Below are positions 8,836-18,587 of a DNA stretch of 64,000 nucleotides, piece by piece (position 1 is the stretch's first letter; each line of letters opens with the position of its first letter). The DNA is from a bacterium (GTDB lineage: Bacteria > Patescibacteriota > Minisyncoccia > Phycocordibacterales > JAKAEA01). The stretch covers positions 169,972 to 233,971 of the forward strand of contig JAKAEA010000001.1 in assembly GCA_021818465.1 (NCBI GenBank). The letters run 5' to 3'. The notes below the pieces were generated by a model. The model was not told where the DNA came from, did no database searches, and saw only the letters and a list, made by a program, of their open reading frames with translations. Both the position numbers and the translations under genes were made by a program.

Positions 8836-11004
8836 CTACTCAAAGTGGATTTCGTGCTGGCGCGCGGTGGCGGCGACTTTGAGAGTGGGGTGGTGGACGA
8901 GCTCGGGGTCGGCCTCTATGAGGCGGCGAGCCTCTTGGCGAGCCGCCTCCACCATAGCCTGATTTTTCAGAGCTTCCATAGCAACATCGGAAAGCCCCCA
9001 TTGTTTGATGCCATACAATTGACCAGCGCCACGCAATTGTAAATCAGCTTCGGCCAGTTCAAAACCATTCTTGGCAGTTGCCAACGCTTTGAGTCGGTCC
9101 GCGGTTTTTTGTGAACCACTTTCGGTGAATACGTAGCAGTATGCTTGCTCGCTCGAGCGGATGACACGCCCACGCAATTGATGGAGTTGCGCTAGGCCAA
9201 AACGTTCCGCCCCCTCTATTATTATAACGGTGGCGTTGGGTACATTAACACCGACTTCTACGAGCGAGGTGGCTACCAAGATGTCAATTTTTTTGTCGCG
9301 AAAATCAAGCATGGTTTTTTCTTTGTTGGCGGTGGTCATTTTGCCATGAAGCGGCGCTACGTGATATTCAGGAAAAATATCTTTCTTAAGACGTCGCGCT
9401 TCGGCTTTGACCGATTTTGCTTCAAGAAGCACTTCTTCATCAGGATCAGGCTCGTCGATTCTCGGACAGATAACGTAAACCTGACGTCCAGCTTCAAGCT
9501 CGGCGCGTACTTTTTCGTACACGCTGTCGCGATGATCGGGGCGGACGATTTCGGTAATGATGGGCTTACGGCCAGCGGGTAGTTCATCAAGAAGTGTGAG
9601 ATCAAGGTCACCGAAAATAGTGAGTGCTAAGGTGCGCGGAATTGGCGTGGCGGTCATGGAAAGCAAGTGGGGCAGGTGAGTATCTTTGCGAGCGAGCTTG
9701 CGCCGTTGGGCGGTGCCGAAACGATGTTGTTCATCGATAATAACACAAGCAAGATGTTTAAATTGCACTGCTTTTTGAATAAGTGCATGGGTACCAATTA
9801 AAATGGGAATTTCACCGTTCGCCACCCATTTCAAAAGTTGTGAGCGAGAGATATCGGTCCAACCATGCGGATTTACTTTTGAGGGAAATTTTTTACAACC
9901 GGAGGAAGTGATGAGGCCGACCTGTGTGCCAAGATGAAAAAAATAACTAATAAATGATTCAAAATGTTGATTAGCGAGAATCTCTGTCGGACACATATAA
10001 GCAACTTGGAGTGTTCCAAAATTCTGGCCCTGTGGTCGACTAGAGACGATGGCGTAGGCGCTTGCTGCTGCTACGGCGGTTTTGCCAGAACCAACATCGC
10101 CTTCTAAGAGGCGCGACATTGGTTGGTTGCGAGAAAAATCTTCTAAAATAGTCGCTACAGCTTTTTTTTGAGCGGCGGTTTCTTTAAAAGGAAAGTGGCT
10201 GACGAAATCAACAAGGTCGGCCGGCGTTTTCCGAATGGAAAACGCCGGCTCACGTTGCACCGTCTGTCGCTCGGCTTGCTTGGCGAGTTGAATAAAAAAA
10301 ACTTCTTCAAATGCAAAACGTTTTCGGGCTACGGTAGCGTTTTCTTGACTGTGAGGTACGTGAATCCAAATAAGCGCGCTTTTGAGGCTTGGCAGTTTGT
10401 ATTTTTCCAAAATGTCGCTCGGAATTGGATCGACAAGCGAATCAAGAAATGCTTGATCGCTGAGTATTTTTTTGACGACATGAAAAAGCCAACGCGATGA
10501 AAGTCCGCGGCTCTCGGGATACACTGGAAAAAGCGCCGCCGCTTCGGTAGATCGGTTGCCAAATAATGAGGAACCAACAGTCTGTATTTTATCAACGAGC
10601 TCATATTCAGGATTAGCAAGATAGAGCGCACCATTTTTACGTGCAGTAACGCGACCGGTAAATTTTGCGTTGGTACCTTCGCCGAGCATCTTGGCAATAT
10701 ACGGTTGGTGAAACCAGACTGCTTCCAGTGAACCAGTCTCATCGGTGATGAGTGCGGTGGCTCGAGTAATGTTACTGCGAAATCCTTTACCGAGTGTGAG
10801 TTTCGAGGCTCTACCGTAAATAGACACTGTTTCGCCAGCAGCGAGGTCGCGAATATTTCGTACGGCACTGACGTCACTGTAACGAATAGGAACGTGATAC
10901 AACACATCGCCTACGGTGCGTAGTTTCAATTTAGCCAAACCACGCCGTAAATCAACATCAATGATGCGCGTAATTTTTTCCAGTGGTGTGGTGAGTGTTA
11001 TCAT
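8836..11004 (-). CDS. recG: ATP-dependent DNA helicase RecG
   Basis: 722 aa. Wedge domain, Walker A (GDVGSGKT), DEQH box (IIDEQHRFG), helicase C motifs. Start overlaps the stop of the upstream gene (ATGA). Confidence 0.9.
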   Translation of the reverse strand: MITLTTPLEKITRIIDVDLRRGLAKLKLRTVGDVLYHVPIRYSDVSAVRNIRDLAAGETVSIYGRASKLTLGKGFRSNITRATALITDETGSLEAVWFHQPYIAKMLGEGTNAKFTGRVTARKNGALYLANPEYELVDKIQTVGSSLFGNRSTEAAALFPVYPESRGLSSRWLFHVVKKILSDQAFLDSLVDPIPSDILEKYKLPSLKSALIWIHVPHSQENATVARKRFAFEEVFFIQLAKQAERQTVQREPAFSIRKTPADLVDFVSHFPFKETAAQKKAVATILEDFSRNQPMSRLLEGDVGSGKTAVAAASAYAIVSSRPQGQNFGTLQVAYMCPTEILANQHFESFISYFFHLGTQVGLITSSGCKKFPSKVNPHGWTDISRSQLLKWVANGEIPILIGTHALIQKAVQFKHLACVIIDEQHRFGTAQRRKLARKDTHLPHLLSMTATPIPRTLALTIFGDLDLTLLDELPAGRKPIITEIVRPDHRDSVYEKVRAELEAGRQVYVICPRIDEPDPDEEVLLEAKSVKAEARRLKKDIFPEYHVAPLHGKMTTANKEKTMLDFRDKKIDILVATSLVEVGVNVPNATVIIIEGAERFGLAQLHQLRGRVIRSSEQAYCYVFTESGSQKTADRLKALATAKNGFELAEADLQLRGAGQLYGIKQWGLSDVAMEALKNQAMVEAARQEARRLIEADPELVHHPTLKVAATARQHEIHFE

Positions 11005-11822
11005 TGAGCAAGACTAAAACGTTTATTATGATACACAATAAAACCTTCTGTTGTTAGTGCAGCCAAAATTTTTTCTAGATGTGAAGTGGCTGGTGTTATG
11101 TTACGTTCTACTAGGTGTTGTTGTAGTGTGCGGCGCGTGGTGGGGGCGATGCTTATATATTTTAATATTTGACCGCGTATGTGGCGATCAGAACCGATAA
11201 AACGGTTTTGGCGGGCATAGTGTGTACTGCGTTGGCTAACGTTACCCACTGTTTTTTTGAGGTGTGCGCCATAGTCCATAAGAGCCCAGTACCATTCGCG
11301 CGGTCGAGTATGGTCAAGTGTTTTTTCAATAAATGGTACAAGATCGCGATCGTTCACTTTTTGTTTTGTGTTGAAAAAATGGTGAATAAATACAGTGCGA
11401 ATATTTGTTTCAATTAAAATTGTCGGTTGATTAAATGCAAACGTGAGAATAGCTTGTGCGGTATATGGCCCAATACCAGGAAGAGCAAGAAGCGAGTCGT
11501 AGTCACTGGGGAATTTTTTATTTTTACTGAGGATGGTGACTGCACGGTGGAGAGCAAGAGCTCGACGATTGTAACCCAAACCTTGCCACATTGTCAGTAT
11601 CTCAGAACGTGGAGCAAGTGCTACTTTTGAGGAAGTGGGGAAACGCCGCAACCACGCGCGGTATTTTGGGATGACCCGATCAACTTGCGTTTGCTGCAGC
11701 ATTATTTCTGAAACAAGAATGTGATAGGGATTACGAGTTTCTCGCCAAGGTAGTGAACGGCCGTGGTGTTTAAAATGCCCCCACACTTTTTTCTGAAAAG
11801 CTTTATAGGACAGTTTAGACAT
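11001..11822 (-). CDS. HhH-GPD base-excision DNA glycosylase (MutY/Nth-like; no obvious 4Fe-4S Cys cluster)
   Basis: Helix-hairpin-helix plus Gly/Pro-rich loop (LLALPGIGPYTAQAIL) and conserved Asp. Translationally coupled to recG. Confidence 0.7.
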   Translation of the reverse strand: MSKLSYKAFQKKVWGHFKHHGRSLPWRETRNPYHILVSEIMLQQTQVDRVIPKYRAWLRRFPTSSKVALAPRSEILTMWQGLGYNRRALALHRAVTILSKNKKFPSDYDSLLALPGIGPYTAQAILTFAFNQPTILIETNIRTVFIHHFFNTKQKVNDRDLVPFIEKTLDHTRPREWYWALMDYGAHLKKTVGNVSQRSTHYARQNRFIGSDRHIRGQILKYISIAPTTRRTLQQHLVERNITPATSHLEKILAALTTEGFIVYHNKRFSLAQ

Positions 11823-11941
11823 AAAAATATACTACCACGGATAGGTATAAAAAAGAACATAAATAAAAATAATGTCAAGTTGACCGAAAAACGAGCAGAG
11901 AGTAATGTGACATCATAAAAATAGTATTTAGTAAAGGGCGT

Positions 11942-12982
11942 ATGACAAAAATAACATTATTTACAGCCATAGTGGTAAGTATTTTTGCGGCAATTGCTAC
12001 ACCGGCCTTTGCTTTTACACCATCTCTTTCCGTTTCTCCCGTTAGTAATAATATGGTTGCAATTACCGTTAATGGTGATGCAAACTCAAGTATTCAACTC
12101 TATTATTTTCCATACAACCAAAATTATAACGGCGCTTCATTAGCAGCAACAATTGGTTCTACCAATAATGCTGGCTACTTCTCAACGGTAGTGCCAGCAT
12201 CAAGCTACAATATTCCCGTGGGGGCAACAGTTTTTGTGATCGTTAACAATCAGCAATCGTCACGAATAAGTTGGCCAATGGCAACGGGGTACTATAACGG
12301 TTCGTATCCTCAACCATATCCGTATCAAGTGACACCAGTATCGGTTGGTGTTAATCAAACATCGAGTGTAACCAATCAAAATGCCGGAACATACATGGTA
12401 TTTTCAAATTCAAATCCTACTGTGGTGTCCGCAACCGCTAGTGGCAATGTGATTACGTTTAGTGGCGCTAGTGCTGGTACGGCCAGTGTGCTTGTGTGTC
12501 CAGCGGCTTACGGTTCTGTGTATGGTTACAACTATAATTACAACTATAACTACAATTATAATTACAATTACAACGGTTCTTATAATAATTATGCTGGTCA
12601 GTGTACAAAATATTTAGTGACGGTAACGCCAGCACTTACGTTTAGTCAGAATAATGTGACGCTCTATGGTATTGGACAAAGTCAATCGGTGCGCATTGGA
12701 GGTGGTTGGGGGTATGTCTCGTATCCGTATAATTACTACAATGCGTATTATTTGAATGGTAACACTAATCCCAGTGCGGTTTCAGCATCAATTAGTGGAT
12801 CTATTTTAAGTGTGTACAGTGTTGGTTATGGCGGTGCAACCCTTACTGTATGTGCCGCCAACGGAGCCTGCGGTCATATCTATGTTTCAGTGAATGGCGG
12901 CAATAATTATTACTACTCACCGTATGTATATCCCTACTACCCGTATTATTACCAACAAAACTATTTTCCTAATCCATACTAA
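11942..12982 (+). CDS. secreted Tyr/Asn-rich repeat protein
   Basis: Signal peptide (MTKITLFTAIVVSIFAAIATPAFA). Central (YN)8 repeat and Tyr-rich C-terminus (YVYPYYPYYYQQNYFPNPY). Confidence 0.6.
   Translation: MTKITLFTAIVVSIFAAIATPAFAFTPSLSVSPVSNNMVAITVNGDANSSIQLYYFPYNQNYNGASLAATIGSTNNAGYFSTVVPASSYNIPVGATVFVIVNNQQSSRISWPMATGYYNGSYPQPYPYQVTPVSVGVNQTSSVTNQNAGTYMVFSNSNPTVVSATASGNVITFSGASAGTASVLVCPAAYGSVYGYNYNYNYNYNYNYNYNGSYNNYAGQCTKYLVTVTPALTFSQNNVTLYGIGQSQSVRIGGGWGYVSYPYNYYNAYYLNGNTNPSAVSASISGSILSVYSVGYGGATLTVCAANGACGHIYVSVNGGNNYYYSPYVYPYYPYYYQQNYFPNPY
12523..12576 (+). repeat. hexanucleotide microsatellite (AAYTAY)n encoding the (Tyr-Asn)n tract
   Basis: acaactataattacaactataactacaattataattacaattacaac, about 8 imperfect hexamer units, in frame. 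Confidence 0.8.
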
Positions 12983-14043
12983 GTAGAGTGTATAGTATTG
13001 TGGTGAAAGGAATGGACTGGTCTATTTTCTTCATAAAAATCTAGATCAGTCTTTTTTTCTTGAATTTTTTCAATCAGTTGCCACGCTACAATAGATTGTT
13101 CAATGGTCGCAAAATGTTCTCGTTTTCCTAAAAATAAATCACTGAATAGACGAATGTATGGGTTATCGGCGGTATCAAAATGAATAACGGTGTCATCGAT
13201 TGCTAAGTACCCAAGCTTCGTAGCAAATTTTTTGCCGGTAACAAATTCAAATTCTTGATTGTGCGTTTTTAAAATAACGCGCACAAACGTTTCTGTGTCG
13301 GATGATTTTCCGAGGTCGCGAGCGTAACCACTGGTGCTACCATTACCATATTGGGCTCGTTCGTGCGTCGTAATGTGCATATGCTCAATATCTTTTTCTG
13401 GATGTGCGAGAAGTTTAAAAACAATGTTAAGAAAATGGCTCTGTACCATATCGCGCAAGGCACCCACCGCGTCATAGTAGCCAACGCGTTTTTCTAAGCC
13501 AACATGTTCTAGTGAAACAAGTTTTAGTTTTGTAAAGGGTCGACGCTCCAGAGCCACTATTTCTTTTTTAAAAAGATAGTGATCGGAAATCAAAGTATCG
13601 TTCGTCAGACGTTCATCGCGAATAATTTTTTGAAGATGGAGTGCATTAGCGTAGCTTGTGCCGAACGGTTTTTCAATGAGTAACGTGATAGGGTAGTTGG
13701 CACGCTTAAGACTACCCACATACTGAATCACGCGCTCACTCTGTTGAGGTGGCAAAGCAACATAAAAATAATTTTGTTCAGTGGTGCTGAGATACTTACT
13801 ACACTCCTCGCATACTGTCGGCGTATCCAAATCAATTTTAATATAGTCAATATGAACGACGGGAGATGTCACACTCGCCCCGCGAGACACAAGAGTTTGA
13901 TATTCTTGCGTGGTTAAATTTTTTCTACCTAAGGCGACGGTGTGAATAGTAAAGTGAGGTAGAGCGTGTAGAGCCGGAATAATTTTTCGCTGTACCAAGT
14001 CGCCTGTTGAGCCAAAGATAAAAAGATGTTTCGTGGGATGCAT
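12979..14043 (-). CDS. glucose-6-phosphate dehydrogenase-like protein (short form)
   Basis: N-terminal Rossmann motif (FIFGSTGDLVQRKIIPAL), EKPFG motif (LLIEKPFG) and DHYLxKE-like motif (ISDHYLFKKE). Only 354 aa versus about 490 for canonical Zwf. Confidence 0.6.
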   Translation of the reverse strand: MHPTKHLFIFGSTGDLVQRKIIPALHALPHFTIHTVALGRKNLTTQEYQTLVSRGASVTSPVVHIDYIKIDLDTPTVCEECSKYLSTTEQNYFYVALPPQQSERVIQYVGSLKRANYPITLLIEKPFGTSYANALHLQKIIRDERLTNDTLISDHYLFKKEIVALERRPFTKLKLVSLEHVGLEKRVGYYDAVGALRDMVQSHFLNIVFKLLAHPEKDIEHMHITTHERAQYGNGSTSGYARDLGKSSDTETFVRVILKTHNQEFEFVTGKKFATKLGYLAIDDTVIHFDTADNPYIRLFSDLFLGKREHFATIEQSIVAWQLIEKIQEKKTDLDFYEENRPVHSFHHNTIHST

Positions 14044-14138
14044 ACTCGCCTATAGTACGTCTAACATCGTAATTTATTACAATATGTTATGCACGTGGAC
14101 TTTACGTATATCGTGTCGTACTATTACGTACTCACTTT

Positions 14139-14813
14139 ATGCATCAATACACTACACTTATTGTTTCGGATATCCATTTAGGCACGCGGGTGTGTCGTAC
14201 TGATAAGCTTCTTACTGTACTGCGACAAACGTCCTATGCAGAGCTTATTATTAATGGTGATTTGTTTGATAGTAACCGTATTACGCGCTTGTCAGCGAAA
14301 CACTGGGAGGTGCTTAAGGCTCTAGAGGAAATAGCTAAAACCAAAAAAGTATTTCTTATTGGTGGCAATCATGGTCGGAAACTTGATAGTGAAGCAGTAA
14401 AAATTGGTATAGAAGTTCGTGATAGCTATGCTTTTGAAATAGGGCAAAATCGTTTTTTGTGTGTCCATGGCGACGAATTTGATTTTTTTGTGCGACGGCT
14501 AGTTCGGTTATCAAAAGTTGCCGGTAGCGTATATAGTTTTTTACAGAGTTTTGGTGGTCGCCAGCAGCGAATGGCGCGTTTTATGAAGCGGTTAAGTAAG
14601 CACGCGCTCGGTGTGCCGAAGCGTCAGCGACGATTAGCGCTTCGACACGCTGCCCAACACGGCGCCTCTGTTATTATTTGTTCTCACACTCATGTTTCTC
14701 ACGATGATTTTACGAACGATATTCGCTTTATAAATTCCGGATCATTTTGCGAAAATATTTGCCACTTCGTTACTATTGATGAGCAAGGAAATCCCGCGTT
14801 ACATGCTGTATAA
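14139..14813 (+). CDS. calcineurin-like metallophosphoesterase (LpxH/YfcE-like fold)
   Basis: Motifs SDIHLG, NGDLFD, GNHG, VHGDEFD, SHTHV in the canonical order of the metallophosphatase superfamily. Confidence 0.65.
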   Translation: MHQYTTLIVSDIHLGTRVCRTDKLLTVLRQTSYAELIINGDLFDSNRITRLSAKHWEVLKALEEIAKTKKVFLIGGNHGRKLDSEAVKIGIEVRDSYAFEIGQNRFLCVHGDEFDFFVRRLVRLSKVAGSVYSFLQSFGGRQQRMARFMKRLSKHALGVPKRQRRLALRHAAQHGASVIICSHTHVSHDDFTNDIRFINSGSFCENICHFVTIDEQGNPALHAV

Positions 14814-14925
14814 AAGATGTTCCCGATCGTTTTATTCGTAAAGAAAGGAGTAAGCAAACGAGCGGCTACGCTGTCTCTTGTGTAAAATAATCTATACGTT
14901 TTTCAATTTCGCTGAATGTACAACT

Positions 14926-15017
14926 TGGCGGAGACGCAGGGATTCGAACCCTGGAGGCCGTTTAACGGGCCTACCTCGTTAGCAGTGAGGCGCTTTCGAC
15001 CACTCAGCCACGTCTCC
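14926..15017 (-). tRNA. tRNA-Ser (anticodon GCU), long variable arm, CCA encoded
   Basis: Minus-strand GGAGACGTGGCTGAGTGGTCGAAAGCGCCTCACTGCTAACGAGG...GGGTTCGAATCCCTGCGTCTCCGCCA. 91 nt with a long extra arm. Anticodon loop CTGCTAA. Confidence 0.8.
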
Positions 15018-15058
15018 GGTGGGGGCATTCTAGCAGATTTTTTATTACGATGCATTTT

Positions 15059-15715
15059 TTAATGAGCAAAAGCTATACATACAATATCGGTGAAGCCGCG
15101 AACGAATAATGTTTCGAAAGCCTCGGCAAATGTTGCGCCCGTGGTCGTGACATCATCAAGTAAAATAAGTAATGTATTAGCATCAATTTTTGTACGAATA
15201 TCATTGGCTGTTTTAAAACTTCCAGCAAGATTAGTGAGACGAGCACGGCTTTTTAAGGTGGCTTGTGCAGGAGTGTGTCGAATTTTTTTGAGCATATGTG
15301 CATATATCTGAGCTTGCGGATAATAGTGGGGAATATACTGGGCAATTAGTTCGGTTTGATTCCAACCGCGCTCGCGTCGGCGCCGTGCCGAATTGGGAAG
15401 GGGAATAATCGCAATTTTTTTTGTGGTGATACGAGCAATAGCTGAAAGTTCGTCGGCGACGAGTGCGGCGACGAGTCGAGCAACCGCACGATTGCCCCGA
15501 TATTTAAGTTCCCAAACAGCTTGGCGTACAAAAGGGTGGCGATAATTTGCTATGGCTAGGGTGGCGCACGGTACACGGGCCAGTGCTATGAGGCGCATAT
15601 CTTTGGGACGTGGTATATGTTGGCGGAATTGCGCTACAGTTAAGGTCTCAAGGGTTCGTAGTGTCGTTGGTGGTGGAAAAAACCAATCCAGCACGTTCTG
15701 AAAAAGAAAATACAT
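15059..15715 (-). CDS. comF: ComF-family phosphoribosyltransferase-domain protein (competence protein ComFC-like)
   Basis: C-terminal PRTase motif (LLILLDDVTTTGATFAEA). Divergent from the pilus operon. Confidence 0.7.
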   Translation of the reverse strand: MYFLFQNVLDWFFPPPTTLRTLETLTVAQFRQHIPRPKDMRLIALARVPCATLAIANYRHPFVRQAVWELKYRGNRAVARLVAALVADELSAIARITTKKIAIIPLPNSARRRRERGWNQTELIAQYIPHYYPQAQIYAHMLKKIRHTPAQATLKSRARLTNLAGSFKTANDIRTKIDANTLLILLDDVTTTGATFAEAFETLFVRGFTDIVCIAFAH

Positions 15716-15815
15716 ACCGCAACCCTAGCGCAGCAACCTTCAAGTTTCGTTCAATTTTTTCTCAACGAAAAATAAACAGAAAAATAAGTACACAAGGTGA
15801 TTTTGAGACTGTTCA

Positions 15816-15824
15816 TGCTATAAT
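15816..15824 (+). promoter_or_regulatory. candidate extended -10 element (TGcTATAAT) for the pilM operon
   Basis: tgctataat lies 11 nt upstream of the pilM ATG. TTGAGA is upstream but at non-canonical spacing. No SD, so possibly near-leaderless. Confidence 0.25.
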
Positions 15825-15834
15825 TACCAACAAA

Positions 15835-16953
15835 ATGGCCGCATTTCTTTCAAATATATTCGGACGAAAAAATACCAGTGTTATTGGCGTTGATATTGGA
15901 TCGTCGGCAGTGAAGGTAGTACAACTCGCTCGGCGTCACGGTCGAGCAATTTTGGAAACGTACGGTGAACTTGCTCTCGGACCGTATGCTGGAGGCGAAA
16001 TCGGCCAGGCTACTAATTTGTCTCCAGAAAAAATCAGCGCATCGCTCGTTGATCTGATGCGTGAAGCAAAGGTAACGACTAATTTAGCAGCACTCTCTAT
16101 TTCCTACGCTTCGAGCCTCATTACTATTATTGAAATGCCGGCAGTTCCAGAGCGGGAACTTGCCTCGATGATTCCTATTGAAGCTAGAAAGTATATTCCC
16201 GTAGCCCTTTCAGAAGTTGCTCTTGACTGGTCAGTTATTCCTAAGGCGCCACCGCCTGGTACGGGAAGAAATTTTGGCGATCGAGAACCAGTACCGTTAC
16301 CAAGCGACAAGTTAGATGTACTTCTGGTTGCAATCCATCAAGATACTATCTCTCGGTATCAAACTATTGTTGAACAAGCAAAACTTGCCGCAAGCTTTTT
16401 TGAAATTGAAATTTTTAGTGCAGTACGTTCAGTCTTGGATCAAGATACCGCGTGTCATATGGTTATAGATCTTGGTGCAGCGTCCACCAAAGTGTATGTG
16501 GTGGAGCGAGGTGTGGTACGTATTTCACACGTCATTAATCGTGGCGCTCAAGATATTACTTTAGCGCTCTCGGCTGGTCTTAGCGTATCGGTTCGTGAAG
16601 CAGAAGCAATGAAACGCGAACCGACTAATATTTCTGCCGCTAATAAAACGAGTGTCAACGAGGTCATTGCCCTGGCCTTAGATTATATTTTTGGAGAGGC
16701 TAATCGTGTACTCGTCGATTATCAAAAACGTCAAAATAAAAATATTTCTTTAGTGACGCTTGTTGGTGGCGGCGCTCGTCTTTTTGGTGTCGTAGAATCT
16801 GCTACCAAACATCTGCAAGTTGATGTGGTTATTGGCGATCCTTTTAGTAAAACGCAAGCACCAGCTTTTTTGGGAGACATTCTTAAACACACTGGTCCGG
16901 AATTTGCTGTGGCTATTGGCGTTGCTTTACGCCGTTTGCAAGAAATGAACTAG
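15835..16953 (+). CDS. pilM: type IV pilus assembly ATPase-like protein PilM
   Basis: Actin-like ASKHA fold signature (VIGVDIGSSAVKVVQL ... DLGAASTKVYVV). Internal ATG at 15835 chosen; the longer ORF from 15610 would overlap comF on the opposite strand. Confidence 0.85.
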   Translation: MAAFLSNIFGRKNTSVIGVDIGSSAVKVVQLARRHGRAILETYGELALGPYAGGEIGQATNLSPEKISASLVDLMREAKVTTNLAALSISYASSLITIIEMPAVPERELASMIPIEARKYIPVALSEVALDWSVIPKAPPPGTGRNFGDREPVPLPSDKLDVLLVAIHQDTISRYQTIVEQAKLAASFFEIEIFSAVRSVLDQDTACHMVIDLGAASTKVYVVERGVVRISHVINRGAQDITLALSAGLSVSVREAEAMKREPTNISAANKTSVNEVIALALDYIFGEANRVLVDYQKRQNKNISLVTLVGGGARLFGVVESATKHLQVDVVIGDPFSKTQAPAFLGDILKHTGPEFAVAIGVALRRLQEMN

Positions 16954-17018
16954 GTTGTCCACAGTCTTAGGTCATTCATTATGAAATAAAATTTATTGGA
17001 AATGGTAGAATATGCTCA

Positions 17019-17633
17019 ATGGATAGTGTCCCTCAAACTACTTTTATGCCCCGTAAGCCGATGTCGGATGCGGTGCAAACAAAACGAAGCGGTGGCGGTG
17101 TGTTTTTAGCTGTTGGCTCTGTTATTCTCGCGGTGGCGATTATTATCTCTGGGGGTCTCTTTTTTTACGGTCAAATGTATCTTCCCAATTCACTTGCAAC
17201 TGAACAAAGTGCTCTCCATAGTGCCGTCTCGCAGTTTAGTTCCAGCCCACTTTCTGACATGGTCACGCTCAGTAACCAACTTGCTGCTACCAAGCTTGTC
17301 TTGGGTCAACATACCGCGCTCTCATCACTTTTTAGTTTTTTGGCAGCTAATACTGTTGCTTCTGTGAGTTTTACTAATTTTTCATACACTACAAGCAATA
17401 ATGTGTTTACTGTTAAGTTAACAGGCATGGCTGCCAGTTTTGCTGCTCTTGATGCTGAAGAAAACCAACTACAAACGGCGGGTACTATTTTACAAAATCC
17501 TACAGTAAGTGATGTTGCCGTGACTAAAACTGGCGCCGTCACATTTACTATTACCGGGGCAGTTTCTATTTCTGATGTCTTGTATGAGAATAATTTTTCA
17601 AATGGCATAGTCGCTTCATCAACACCATCATGA
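17019..17633 (+). CDS. PilN-like bitopic pilus assembly protein
   Basis: Single N-terminal TM (VFLAVGSVILAVAIIISGGLFFY) followed by a Ser/Thr-rich periplasmic domain. Positioned after pilM. Confidence 0.45.
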   Translation: MDSVPQTTFMPRKPMSDAVQTKRSGGGVFLAVGSVILAVAIIISGGLFFYGQMYLPNSLATEQSALHSAVSQFSSSPLSDMVTLSNQLAATKLVLGQHTALSSLFSFLAANTVASVSFTNFSYTTSNNVFTVKLTGMAASFAALDAEENQLQTAGTILQNPTVSDVAVTKTGAVTFTITGAVSISDVLYENNFSNGIVASSTPS

Positions 17634-18145
17634 AAGCACTCATCTCCATAATTTTTATTATCGTAAGCGTTAGTTTATTTTTCTGGTATATGGAACCGGC
17701 GTGGGCCAATATTAATGCGTTACAGGCGCAGATTGGTCAATACCAAAGCGATCTTGCTCAGGCGAACCAGGCAAAAGTAAAAAGTGATCAGTTAGTGACC
17801 ACGTTTAATGGTATAACGCAAAGTCAACAACAAGAATTGGCAACCTTTTTACCAACAAATATAAATCCTATTTCATTTGCGCTTTCACTCAATTCTATCG
17901 CTGCGCAGTATGGTTCTGGTTTAGCAAGCATCAGTATCGGAAAGTCTTCTGCAGTTTCCGGACAGAATCTAAACATTTTGCCGGTAACATTTTCTGTAGC
18001 GATGACGTATCCCAATTTCTTACTTTTTTTGAAAGATTTAGAACGTAGTTTGCCACCTACTGATGTAACCAGTCTTTCGTTTAAGACGCCCACTAAGAGT
18101 AGTGTGTATACATTCATAGTTGGTGTGCAAACGTATTATCTGTAA
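17630..18145 (+). CDS. PilO-like bitopic pilus assembly protein
   Basis: N-terminal TM, coiled-coil-like Gln-rich segment (INALQAQIGQYQSDLAQANQAKVKSDQL), then a periplasmic domain. Start overlaps the previous stop. Confidence 0.45.
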   Translation: MKALISIIFIIVSVSLFFWYMEPAWANINALQAQIGQYQSDLAQANQAKVKSDQLVTTFNGITQSQQQELATFLPTNINPISFALSLNSIAAQYGSGLASISIGKSSAVSGQNLNILPVTFSVAMTYPNFLLFLKDLERSLPPTDVTSLSFKTPTKSSVYTFIVGVQTYYL

Positions 18146-18149
18146 TTAT

Positions 18150-18554
18150 ATGATTTACAAACGACGAACTTCATTTTCTCCAGTATTTATCACTCTTGCA
18201 TTGTTGCTGGTGAGTGGGGGGCTAATTGCAATAGCAACTTTTCAGCCATCGACGCCAACTACATTGGCGGCGGTAGCTGTGTCAGGAGATCCAAACTTAA
18301 CGACTAACGCAGCTGGTGCTACACGGGGGGCTTCCACAGCGAATACGGGAGCCTTGAATACAGACGAAGTTACTTTAGCGAATGACATTCAACAAATTAA
18401 TTCTATTAATCTTGATACGTCAATCTTGCAAAGCCAGGCGTTTCTTAGTTTTGTGAACTTTGTACACGCTATACCACAAACAGTTGGTCGGACTAATCCT
18501 TTTGCGCCAATAAACGGTTTAGTAGTAACGGGCACTTCGTCAACGGGGCATTAG
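18150..18554 (+). CDS. hypothetical membrane-anchored protein (PilP-like position)
   Basis: N-terminal TM (FSPVFITLALLLVSGGLIAIA) plus Thr/Ala-rich region. ATG at 18150 chosen. Confidence 0.35.
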   Translation: MIYKRRTSFSPVFITLALLLVSGGLIAIATFQPSTPTTLAAVAVSGDPNLTTNAAGATRGASTANTGALNTDEVTLANDIQQINSINLDTSILQSQAFLSFVNFVHAIPQTVGRTNPFAPINGLVVTGTSSTGH

Positions 18555-18587
18555 TTAATTTGTAATGTATATTTAGGTATTTGTGTC

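Noticed and set aside
15610-15834. N-terminal 75-codon extension of the pilM ORF
   Set aside because: It overlaps comF on the opposite strand. The conserved PilM sequence starts at the internal ATG at 15835, which is preceded by an extended -10 box.
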